Positions 47,701 to 55,357 of a DNA stretch of 64,000 nt are shown piece after piece. This DNA comes from an uncultured Litoreibacter sp. (GTDB lineage Bacteria; Pseudomonadota; Alphaproteobacteria; Rhodobacterales; Rhodobacteraceae), in assembly GCA_947504205.1 (NCBI GenBank), contig CANNGL010000005.1:54751-118750 (forward strand), read 5' to 3'. The first letter of the stretch is position 1. Each line of letters begins with the position of its first letter. The notes below the pieces were generated by a model that did no database searches, was not told the origin of the DNA, and worked only from the letters and a program-made list of their open reading frames with translations. A program made the position numbers and the translations under genes.

Positions 47701-47958
47701 CTGTCTGGGTTTTCTGTGCTCAACAGGGCGGGAGGTGCGGCTGTATCCCGGCCTTTGCAGACACTTAATGCTTTCGCGATTGCCAGCGGTATCCTGGCGC
47801 TGCCCATCTTTGTCGGCCATGAAATCGTGATCCCGGCCAAAGACCTGTTGACCAACCTTGGTTTGCCCGAAGGACTTGCGCTGATTGCGATGCTCGGTCT
47901 GTTTTTAGGAGCCCTCGGCTGGGGCTATATAAGGCTTTTCCGGTTTCTGCTTCGCTAG
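44752..47958 (+). CDS. Fusion protein: adenylate-forming (AMP-binding) domain + 3 tandem carrier (PP-binding) domains + C-terminal 10-TM acyltransferase-3-like membrane domain
   Basis: 1068 aa with a TTG start. The A-domain motifs are SSGTTGRPK (45001-45027), QHYGLTEA, GWLTTSDRG, GRTDELINSGGLKIDP and PRTATGKVQR. FYDLGGDSLSALTVIMRMEALGL occurs three times, with serine attachment sites at about aa 467, 557 and 647. From about aa 715 there are ten hydrophobic helices, starting HATRGVLVLWVVMVHW, an RG..(x)..H entry like Acyl_transf_3/OpgC. Confidence 0.85.
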   Translation: MAADPPGLIEVRAFSGANSRAYLSAVFAAYRDGVVVLALPPGSGSKTVPGTRVQERKTFDDDPGWFDESLELITSDDPAQIAFSSGTTGRPKALLLTHRALSDVVVRINDAMGVDDSIREYIGVPVTFSFGFGRARAVAAAGGKSYLPKNGFDPAEIARMAKAGEINAISAVPTLWRVVLANPDVIGEAGATIRWIEIGSQYMAADEKEGLKNLFPNAKIVQHYGLTEASRTTLLDISSTKGGALESVGQTTGEVEIALNEEGVIRTRGPHLALGLVSGAGIKPFTDADGWLTTSDRGRIEDGYLYYEGRTDELINSGGLKIDPTQFEQKLSAALGVSDAVAVGRLPDDLRGEKVLIVTQQAAGLKRTDIEAAAQKIATDLGLTGSGSFALRDVAEIPRTATGKVQRAKLADLPDIGALEAAAEQSTARPTEQGMGKAEELQALWAEVLGIDHVALNQSFYDLGGDSLSALTVIMRMEALGLEPEIARGIFDGKTIAEITGVSAEPISEASHPDVSTQSVSASADPRAAELQAMWAEVLGVEDVALDQSFYDLGGDSLSALTVIMRMEALGLDPETARGIFDGKTIAEITGTSSAPADRAPSQDTPTPSASTTNNPRAVQLQTLWAEVLGVENVALDQSFYDLGGDSLSALTVIMRMEALGLEPEIARGIFDGKTIADLAGVDTDPAPVAQPAPETSPETSAAPVTPTDTAKDGITLNLAEAMNSVHATRGVLVLWVVMVHWLPGVLARLTDNAVSIYESLIPALRFGTPGFAMVFGMGLGALGIAQYTRSKAQFLKGSRFNTRLIVAGVLIYAAVKFAMLWSAGRLGEPLLPSVLFYSAITYYALAMLSLPVILWVLTRGSNRMLTILATAVACMIIHEVLFAAIAHTKPGGILELFKVLLTAKYGFFRMSGFVMIGVAIGYMYRAHHKTPGIAQHLALAGVTSISFGFFTLYKVQPEVFMDGFGRVLPWHLMIYAGAALLILSGFSVLNRAGGAAVSRPLQTLNAFAIASGILALPIFVGHEIVIPAKDLLTNLGLPEGLALIAMLGLFLGALGWGYIRLFRFLLR
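46069..46794 (+). repeat. Three in-frame tandem repeats, period 270 bp (90 aa), encoding the carrier domains
   Basis: The 62-aa cores begin at 46069, 46339 and 46609 (ELQALWAEVLG / ELQAMWAEVLG / QLQTLWAEVLG). The cores are nearly identical at the protein level. Many synonymous differences separate them at the DNA level. The linkers between them are divergent and Ser/Pro/Ala/Thr-rich. Confidence 0.92.
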
Positions 47959-47967
47959 GGGCAAGCC

Positions 47968-49581
47968 CTAGGTCTTGGGTGCATGCGCTTTGGCGACGAT
48001 ATCTGCGACCCGCAAAGCATTTGCCGCAATGGTCAGGCTCGGGTTCGTGCCACCACTCGTCGGCATGAAGGAACTGTCTACCACGTATAAATTGTCCAAC
48101 ATGTGTGCTTTGCAATTGGCATCCAGCACGCTGGTTTCGGGATCATCCCCAGCTTTGCATGTACCACAGGGATGGCCATAGTTCAGGGTCGCACGGTGGC
48201 TGAGAGGTAAAGAGTAAAGAGGTTTGAACCTTGCACGTAACAGTGTTTTCAGTTTGTGCGCTCGCTCAAGAAGCTCTGGGCGTATCGTGTAGTGAAATCG
48301 TATCCCCGATGCGCCATCAGGGTCCAACACGACACGGTTATCACGATAAGCATAGTCTTCGACGATGGTCGTGAAGACGGTCGCTTCTCCCAGAACACGG
48401 GACGCCAACCAAGCAGGGATCCGCAATAGTTGTCGGATCAAGGGTAGTTTACGAAGCGGGCTTTGATCGAAAGACAGACGCAGACTGTAAAGCACGTTCC
48501 CAAAATTAGCCGTTTGACCTGCAGACTGCAATTCACCGTACTTTTTCCCGTCGTAGCTGTAGAAATCCCGGATCGAGAGAGTTTTTGTTGGCCCTTTCTT
48601 CGAGTGTTGACCCCTCGGCCAAACGGCAATGGGGTCGCTCGCGTGAAACATAAGATTACGACCAACAAGATCGTTTTGATTTGCCAATCCGTCAGGCCAG
48701 CTTTCGTTGGTTGAACGCAAAAGAAGAGCGGGCGAAAAGTATGCCCCAGCCGCTAGAATTATAAGGGGTGCCGAAATTTGGCACTCTGTTTCCTCGTGTT
48801 GAATAATGACAGTGTGCGCAGCATTGGCGTTTGCCTCAATTCGAAGAACTTCGGCTTCGGCACAAAGCTTCACTTGGCCCGATTCAAGCGCAGGATCTAG
48901 CAGCGTGTTACGCGCATCTCGTTTACAGCCGCTCGGACAATAAGAGCCTAAACACTCCTTACATCCCGGTTCGTAGCCAATTCCGCTGTGCAAGCGGTAG
49001 GGGTGTAACCCTCCTTCCGTGAAGGATTTCAGAAAATACGCGTCACGCGCGCACATTTCAGGGGGTTCCGGCAAATGTGCTCCGGGGTCCGGACGAAGCG
49101 GGTCTTGCGTCCCGTGTACGCCAAAAAGCTGCTCTGCTTGGGTATAATAGGGCGCAATATCCTCGTAGGAAAAAGGCCACGAGATCTCTTTGCCATCAGG
49201 TGTCTTCTGTGGTGCAAAATCTTCTGGGCGCAGCCGATGAAGGGCTGCAGCATAAAGCGTGGTCGAGCCACCCGCACCAGAACCCAAGGGCGCCCAGATG
49301 TTCATATCGGCCCCGTCCAACCGTCCTGAGATTTGTGTAGGCCAGCGTCCATTCTCAAGACGTGTTGCCGGATCAGACATTTCCCGTGCGACAGAGCTAG
49401 CGGCTTGAAAGGCGCTGCGACCTTTCTCAATGACCAGAACTCGATAACCTTGCCGACTAAGTGACCAGGCTGCCGCGGAACCTCCCATCCCCGCACCGAT
49501 AATGAGGCAATCCCAATCTTGGTTTGCAGCTGCGGAAGCTGAGATCTTTTTGCTGGGCGTGTCGCTTCGTGTCATGGGCAT
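47968..49581 (-). CDS. GMC-family FAD oxidoreductase
   Basis: 537 aa with the N-terminal FAD fold DCLIIGAGMGGSAAAWSL. The C-terminal GMC region is YGHPCGTCKAG ... LYVVDSSFMPTSGGTNPSLTIAANALR. Confidence 0.85.
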   Translation of the reverse strand: MPMTRSDTPSKKISASAAANQDWDCLIIGAGMGGSAAAWSLSRQGYRVLVIEKGRSAFQAASSVAREMSDPATRLENGRWPTQISGRLDGADMNIWAPLGSGAGGSTTLYAAALHRLRPEDFAPQKTPDGKEISWPFSYEDIAPYYTQAEQLFGVHGTQDPLRPDPGAHLPEPPEMCARDAYFLKSFTEGGLHPYRLHSGIGYEPGCKECLGSYCPSGCKRDARNTLLDPALESGQVKLCAEAEVLRIEANANAAHTVIIQHEETECQISAPLIILAAGAYFSPALLLRSTNESWPDGLANQNDLVGRNLMFHASDPIAVWPRGQHSKKGPTKTLSIRDFYSYDGKKYGELQSAGQTANFGNVLYSLRLSFDQSPLRKLPLIRQLLRIPAWLASRVLGEATVFTTIVEDYAYRDNRVVLDPDGASGIRFHYTIRPELLERAHKLKTLLRARFKPLYSLPLSHRATLNYGHPCGTCKAGDDPETSVLDANCKAHMLDNLYVVDSSFMPTSGGTNPSLTIAANALRVADIVAKAHAPKT

Positions 49582-49632
49582 GAGCCAAAATCTCAGGACT
49601 GGAAAATCACAACGTGTCGCTAGGCCTATAAA

Positions 49633-52600
49633 TTATGTCACCGCAATATCAACCTGAACCGTAACGTAGCCTCCCCGCCCATCGTGAAGATACTGCCAAA
49701 AGACATCTGGTCCGGTGTATCTGTCATGTGGCGTATAGGTGAGTTGACCCGTATCGAGATTTCGATCCAGATATCCGTTTTGGGGTGCCAGAAAATCACG
49801 GTCCAGTTTTAACGTCGTGCCTGGTTCGCTCGTGGCGCCGATCAACGGCTCGATGATCACCGAGGAGCCTGCAGCCACAGTCTCGATCAGTGTCGCCCGG
49901 GTGGGCGCCACAGCGGACGGCACCCATGTTCCGTTCAAAGTATAGGCCGACATGTTGCCCGTGCATTTGATTGCGACCATATGCTTGACCGTCAGAGCAC
50001 TCACCTGATCCGATGCATGGACGGGGATTACAACAATGTTGATGGTCTCGCCATTATCATCGTATTCCCAATAGCCCTCGGCGGCTGCGTAATTTTGATA
50101 TTGTGGGGATGCAAACCAATCGCTCCCCAAATCAATTCCGATATCATCCCAGCTTTTAGGGAAGGGGGACGTGCCAAGACTGGTTGTTTTTGTTCCAGAT
50201 CCCGTGACGTTGACTGCCGAGCCAGTCCATTCACCCATGATGAACGGCGTATTGATGGTTGGATATGAAGTCAGAGACCCTGGCAGAGCGGTGGACGCGC
50301 CGACAAAGGTTACGTCCGCTGGGGCGCTCGTGACCTGAGCGTTCGTCAGGTCCTCAAAAGAGACCCCAGGCACCACGCTATTTGCATCAGTGCAATCAAT
50401 CACCATAAACATCGGGTTGTTGGTGTTGTTAAACGTATCGGGATCGGCCTGACCACTGTCCAACTTGATGTAGTAAGGCCGCGCAAAGCCTTCACAATGG
50501 GCATTCACGATCGCGACCTGCACCGCATTTCGACCAATGATGATGCCACGTTCCCGGCCGCCTAAATCATTGTTCTGAGTGTCGATCGAGTAGCATTTCC
50601 AGTTGGTCAGAGCGTAGTTGCCAACATATTGCACCTCGCCCCCGTATTCGACGGCAACAGCCGTCAGGTTTTGGATATTGATGTTAATGTCATGATACTG
50701 AGCGGCACCGTTCTTGGCGACAAAAATTGCCTCATTGCAACCCATTGCGAAGTTATCGCTGTGGTGAATGATCGGGTAATCTTCAACGTCAATCACAGAT
50801 CCGGAAGAAGAATAAATCTTGGTCAGATCACCGAGATCAACATGGTCCCGCAGTAAGCGTTGGGTTGGCGCGATCCCGTTATTATTGGAGCGGTGATAGA
50901 AAACATAGGCAAAGCTCGCGCCATAGACCGCGTTGCGATTGCTGACCAGAGCACGACCGCGGAAAAACATGCCATAGCCGGTGCGTGCGAAATCGCCCCA
51001 AAGTCCTTGCGCAAATTCAGCATTCTTTGGATGTGTGTTAGAGATACCGCCCGGATTGATGCAGCCGATAACGACATTGTCGTTCCAAGAACCGATCTCA
51101 TTGCCGCTTTCTGAGACAATGCCCGCACCGGTAAAGCCATAGACTACGTTGCGATCGATTTCGACCTCGCAATCATGATGCACCACGTTCCAGCCCGGTG
51201 CATTCCGGATCACACAATCGACCAGCTTTGCCTTCTTGGCATTAAGGAAGCCAACCCTATGAAAATGTACCTCGTAACGCGATTGCAGATTGGCATCTGC
51301 GGTCATCGGGACGGTGGTCAAAGTACCGCTCTGGCCAGGCTCGACATAGGTGAAATCAACACCGTTACGCACCCCGGCAGGGCGGGTTTTGTCGGTCCTG
51401 CCAAGATCACGGAACTCAACACCCCAGATATCCGGCTCCGCCATCATATGCATGAACATGGTGTGCCCGCGACGATGCACGAGATCAGTGGATGTCTCGG
51501 AGCGAATGATGATGTTACGGGTCAGATGCGCTATGTGCGGCTGCTTGTCTGACGTGTCGGTCTGTTCTGAATTATGATGGTCGTGGTCATACAGAAGCGG
51601 GTCGGTCCAAGAAATCGTTTTGCCATTGATCGCGGCAATCACTCGCTCCTCGTCTTCACGGATCGAGGTTCCATTGTTGAGCCTGAATCTGGTGCCGGGA
51701 ATGACAACGGTATCACCGACCTGCCAATTGGTCGGTTGCTCAGCCAGAACAAGCGACATCGCACCTGCCATAGGGGCGCCATCAACCTCAGTACGCAGCG
51801 CATGCGTTCGTTGCGCCCCAAACATGATCACTTGTCCAAGTGAGACCAGTCCACGTCCCAGTAAGCTCGGATCTCGGGCGATATCTATATCTGTGGCAGA
51901 GAGCGGATCGATCCGGTAAGCCCGGTTCGAAAAACGGATTTCAGCAATATGCGCGGCTGGTAATCGCTCTGCGATGGACTGACCTACGATCAGGGCACTG
52001 CCCTGCGTGCCAACAAGGGTTTCGACCAACAGATCCGTGGTGTGATCCATTGCCCAGCTTAAGGTGCCGTCCACCCTGATCCGGTCTAATCGTGGACTGC
52101 TCGCAACATCATATGTCACCACTTGGCCGATGGGGATCAGCACAACAGCCCCGGCCCCCGGTACTTCGCCGACATCCCAGGTTTCCGGGTCAGACCACGT
52201 GCCATCTGCAATCGCGCTATGGGTGACGTCTGTATGCGGGATCAACTCGAGAACAGCATCATCCATCTGTGTATGCGCAGCGTCGGCGTGAGCCATATGA
52301 ATGCGTAGCGGCGGGGTTTCCAAATCCCCTTCTGCGCAGGTCACGATACACGAAATGTTCTGTCCGGCTGCGGGCGCTGAATAGCTAGGCCCAGTCTCGC
52401 CAATGATTTGCATCCCATCGGCCATCCACTGATAGCCCGACACATTTGTCAGCATCGACGTATCAACTGACAGCGAGCTGCCCATGCGCGCGGATCCAAT
52501 AATTTTGGGCCGCTGAACAGCACTTGCGATAACGCCCCATCGAGCAACAGACCCTGTGCGGGTGGTTCCGGCTTGTGTCACTGACATCGTCACCGCGGAT

Positions 52601-52635
52601 GCCTGAGCAAACCCCTTAAATCTGATATTTGCCAA
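49633..52635 (-). CDS. Large G8-domain / right-handed beta-helix protein with an N-terminal Ig-like module. Putative polysaccharide-modifying or depolymerising enzyme.
   Basis: 1000 aa. The G8-like start is WSDPETWDVGEVPGAGAVVLIPIGQVVTYDV, about aa 147 (near nt 52197 downward). The central region has beta-helix-like periodicity (NAPGWNVVHHDCEVEIDRNVVYGFTGAGIVSESGNEIGSWNDNVVIGC). The N-terminal module carries YQWMADGMQIIGETGPSY. There is no obvious signal peptide. Confidence 0.62.
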   Translation of the reverse strand: MANIRFKGFAQASAVTMSVTQAGTTRTGSVARWGVIASAVQRPKIIGSARMGSSLSVDTSMLTNVSGYQWMADGMQIIGETGPSYSAPAAGQNISCIVTCAEGDLETPPLRIHMAHADAAHTQMDDAVLELIPHTDVTHSAIADGTWSDPETWDVGEVPGAGAVVLIPIGQVVTYDVASSPRLDRIRVDGTLSWAMDHTTDLLVETLVGTQGSALIVGQSIAERLPAAHIAEIRFSNRAYRIDPLSATDIDIARDPSLLGRGLVSLGQVIMFGAQRTHALRTEVDGAPMAGAMSLVLAEQPTNWQVGDTVVIPGTRFRLNNGTSIREDEERVIAAINGKTISWTDPLLYDHDHHNSEQTDTSDKQPHIAHLTRNIIIRSETSTDLVHRRGHTMFMHMMAEPDIWGVEFRDLGRTDKTRPAGVRNGVDFTYVEPGQSGTLTTVPMTADANLQSRYEVHFHRVGFLNAKKAKLVDCVIRNAPGWNVVHHDCEVEIDRNVVYGFTGAGIVSESGNEIGSWNDNVVIGCINPGGISNTHPKNAEFAQGLWGDFARTGYGMFFRGRALVSNRNAVYGASFAYVFYHRSNNNGIAPTQRLLRDHVDLGDLTKIYSSSGSVIDVEDYPIIHHSDNFAMGCNEAIFVAKNGAAQYHDININIQNLTAVAVEYGGEVQYVGNYALTNWKCYSIDTQNNDLGGRERGIIIGRNAVQVAIVNAHCEGFARPYYIKLDSGQADPDTFNNTNNPMFMVIDCTDANSVVPGVSFEDLTNAQVTSAPADVTFVGASTALPGSLTSYPTINTPFIMGEWTGSAVNVTGSGTKTTSLGTSPFPKSWDDIGIDLGSDWFASPQYQNYAAAEGYWEYDDNGETINIVVIPVHASDQVSALTVKHMVAIKCTGNMSAYTLNGTWVPSAVAPTRATLIETVAAGSSVIIEPLIGATSEPGTTLKLDRDFLAPQNGYLDRNLDTGQLTYTPHDRYTGPDVFWQYLHDGRGGYVTVQVDIAVT

Positions 52636-52640
52636 AATAT

Positions 52641-53540
52641 TTACCCTATGGTGATGGCGCCACTTTCGACGCTGCGTGTTCCGGAAAGACCCGTGGTCTG
52701 TTCAATAATGCTGATTTGAGTGCCGGTATCTGTCGGCGATATGGTCAAGGTCGAAGCTGTCGCGCCTGCAATGGCGGTTCCATCCCGGAGCCATTGGATA
52801 TTTGCTTGGAATGTGTTGTCAGCGCTCTCACATATCCAAAGACCTGGACGAGCGGTTAAAATTTGCCCGGGGAATGGTGTTCCAGAGATACTCGGGCGCG
52901 CAACATTTATCGCACCTTCCAATAGGTTGGTGGTATTCAGCGGCGCGCCGTCTGTGTCCTGAGTATACTGACCATCGAAAGCCGTTGCGCCCGAAATATC
53001 GAGGGCAAAATCGGCCTGACCTAAATCATCAATCTGCAGGCGCCCTGTATCTGTTTCGTAGATCGAGAAAAGCGGTGCCACCATCTGCTGCTGGCTTTCA
53101 ACAAACCGCGTGCCCAAGGCATCCTGCGCAGTTTCGATGACGCTGATTTGGGCATCCGCCTCATTTGCCGTCAACAGTAGGTTGTCAGAGGTCGCGCCAG
53201 AAAGCGGAACACCATCTTTCATCCATTGGTAAGATATCAAAGGCTCTCCGCCTGCGGTTTGATATCCCCAAAGGCCCGGCATCACCGAAAGGGTCGCGCC
53301 CGGTTCGGCAATCCCGATCAGGCGTGCAGGAACAAGATTGACCGGGCCACCAGATAAGTCAGCCGAGACGAGCGTATAAGTCCCCGCCATGGTCTGCGGC
53401 GTCATGATATCAATTGATAACACCTCACCCTGCGCCTCGATGGTGAAGGTGTTATCAGGGTTTGTGTTCAGATTCAGTGTCTGCATAACCGCAGAATGCG
53501 GAGAACTGGCGCCCAACCGGAGCCCTAAATTTATATCCAT
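52641..53540 (-). CDS. Ig-like repeat protein (two YQW..DG..I.GAT modules)
   Basis: 299 aa. It contains two copies of a ~70-aa module (ISYQWMKDGVPLSGATSDNLLLT and ANIQWLRDGTAIAGATASTLTIS) also found at the N-terminus of the downstream 1000-aa protein. It ends 5 nt before that gene. Confidence 0.5.
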   Translation of the reverse strand: MDINLGLRLGASSPHSAVMQTLNLNTNPDNTFTIEAQGEVLSIDIMTPQTMAGTYTLVSADLSGGPVNLVPARLIGIAEPGATLSVMPGLWGYQTAGGEPLISYQWMKDGVPLSGATSDNLLLTANEADAQISVIETAQDALGTRFVESQQQMVAPLFSIYETDTGRLQIDDLGQADFALDISGATAFDGQYTQDTDGAPLNTTNLLEGAINVARPSISGTPFPGQILTARPGLWICESADNTFQANIQWLRDGTAIAGATASTLTISPTDTGTQISIIEQTTGLSGTRSVESGAITIG

Positions 53541-53778
53541 TTACGAATGGCTCTCGAAAAAGAAAAAGTTGCTAAAATGCGTTTCTAAAGTCGGAACCGG
53601 TGATACTGACGAATGTCCTAAGATTTCGTGATTGCACCGTTCGGTGCGTACTGCGGCTGGTGTGAGCGGCGAAGTACTATATCCAGGCCAATGTCATAGC
53701 TGCCCGAGTCACGGTCTGCGTAGGACATGATTATGACAAATCCGTTTGAAAAATTGCATCCTAATTCACCTAGGTGAT

Positions 53779-55356
53779 ATGAGCGCAGATATGATTGCAT
53801 TTGCAAATTTCGTCCTGTTCACATGGCCTTTGGTCGTGTTGACCTTGCTCAAGCGCAAGCCTGTGGATGTGGCAATCATATTGACGATCCTGGTGGGTAT
53901 CTTGATTTTGCCCTCGGATCTTGGGTTTGATCTGCCGCTACTGCCTGAAATCGACAAAGAGATACTGCCCAGTCTGTCCGCAGTGATCATCTTGCTGATC
54001 ATGGGGAAATCCATCCTGCGCACCGATGCCGTCGTCCTGCCGGGCTGGTTGCCCCGGTCCAAAGTTGCCCTGAGTTTGATTGTTTTGCTGATTGTCAGTT
54101 CGTTTCTGACCGTCATGACCAACGATGATGTTTTGGTCTATGGCCCGCGGGTTTTGCCTGCTTTACGACTTTACGATGCATTTTCGTTTACCGTCGATTT
54201 GCTGGTTTTTATTTTACCCTTGCTTCTGGCTCGGAAATTTTTGGCACATCCCGAAAGTCACAAAACGCTTTTGATCATTTTGAGCATTGCCATGCTGTGG
54301 TATTCGCTTCCGACGCTTTACGAAGTGCGTATGTCCCCACAGATCAACCGGATGTTTTACGGGTTCTTCCCGCAGGACTGGCGACAGCATATCCGTGCCG
54401 GCGGTTTCAGACCGATCGTCTTTATGGATCATGGGCTGGTTTTGGGTCTGTTTCTGTGCATGGCGATCTTGTCGAGCATCATGCTGTTTCGGATGGAAAA
54501 GGATAACAAGAAGGCCCTTTATCTGGCTGGTACCGTCTGGCTGATCTTCACGCTGGTCTTGGCAAAAACCCTGGGTGCCCTCATGATTGCTCTCGTGCTG
54601 ATCCCGGCAGCCTTCTTGTTCGGCATTCGGCTGCAGATGATTACTGCCGCCATTATTGCAGGTATTGTTCTAACCTATCCGGCCGTGCGTGGGGCAGGGT
54701 ATGTGCCAACAGAAAACATCGTCGCCTTTTCCGCCGATATCAGTCAGGAACGTGCGGATTCATTGGCTTTCCGCTTCAGGCATGAAGACGCACTTTTGGA
54801 CAAAGCCAATGAACGACCTCTGTTTGGCTGGGGTGGTTGGGGGCGCAGCCGCGTTTTTGATGATCGAGGACGCAACACCAGCGTGACGGATGGCGCATGG
54901 ATCATCAGTGTCGGACACGGTGGCTGGATCCGATACGTAGGTGAATACGGACTTTTATGTATCAGCGTTATTCTTCTGGCCATACGGCAGCGCAAATACG
55001 AGATTGGTATGGCCACCTCGGGCCTGTGTCTGGTGCTGGTTGCCAACCTGATCGATCTTTTGCCAAATGCAGGGATCACCCCTCTGACATGGATAATGGC
55101 CGGCGCTTTGATGGGGCGTTTGGAATTGCAGACTATCCAAAAGACATCCGCCGCAGCTGCTGATCCGGAAGAGGAGCGCAGGTTGCGCTATAGCCGAGCC
55201 ACCGACACGACCATTCCGGCTGCACCTCCCAAAGGAGCAGTTTATACGCGTAAAGCTCGTTCTGAAGACCTCGATGCAGCTCAGGCTGCTCCGTCGTCTG
55301 CTGATACAACTCCGATATACCGGCGCAACACGCCCATACGCCAAAGAAAAACATAG
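53779..55356 (+). CDS. O-antigen ligase / Wzy-like polysaccharide polymerase family membrane protein
   Basis: About 525 aa with at least 10 TM segments. A large loop region, DGAWIISVGHGGWIRYVGEYGLLCI, resembles the Wzy_C/O-antigen-ligase signature. The C-terminal tail is low-complexity. The start is uncertain: TTG 53746 or ATG 53779/53791. Confidence 0.62.
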   Translation: MSADMIAFANFVLFTWPLVVLTLLKRKPVDVAIILTILVGILILPSDLGFDLPLLPEIDKEILPSLSAVIILLIMGKSILRTDAVVLPGWLPRSKVALSLIVLLIVSSFLTVMTNDDVLVYGPRVLPALRLYDAFSFTVDLLVFILPLLLARKFLAHPESHKTLLIILSIAMLWYSLPTLYEVRMSPQINRMFYGFFPQDWRQHIRAGGFRPIVFMDHGLVLGLFLCMAILSSIMLFRMEKDNKKALYLAGTVWLIFTLVLAKTLGALMIALVLIPAAFLFGIRLQMITAAIIAGIVLTYPAVRGAGYVPTENIVAFSADISQERADSLAFRFRHEDALLDKANERPLFGWGGWGRSRVFDDRGRNTSVTDGAWIISVGHGGWIRYVGEYGLLCISVILLAIRQRKYEIGMATSGLCLVLVANLIDLLPNAGITPLTWIMAGALMGRLELQTIQKTSAAAADPEEERRLRYSRATDTTIPAAPPKGAVYTRKARSEDLDAAQAAPSSADTTPIYRRNTPIRQRKT

Positions 55357-55357
55357 T

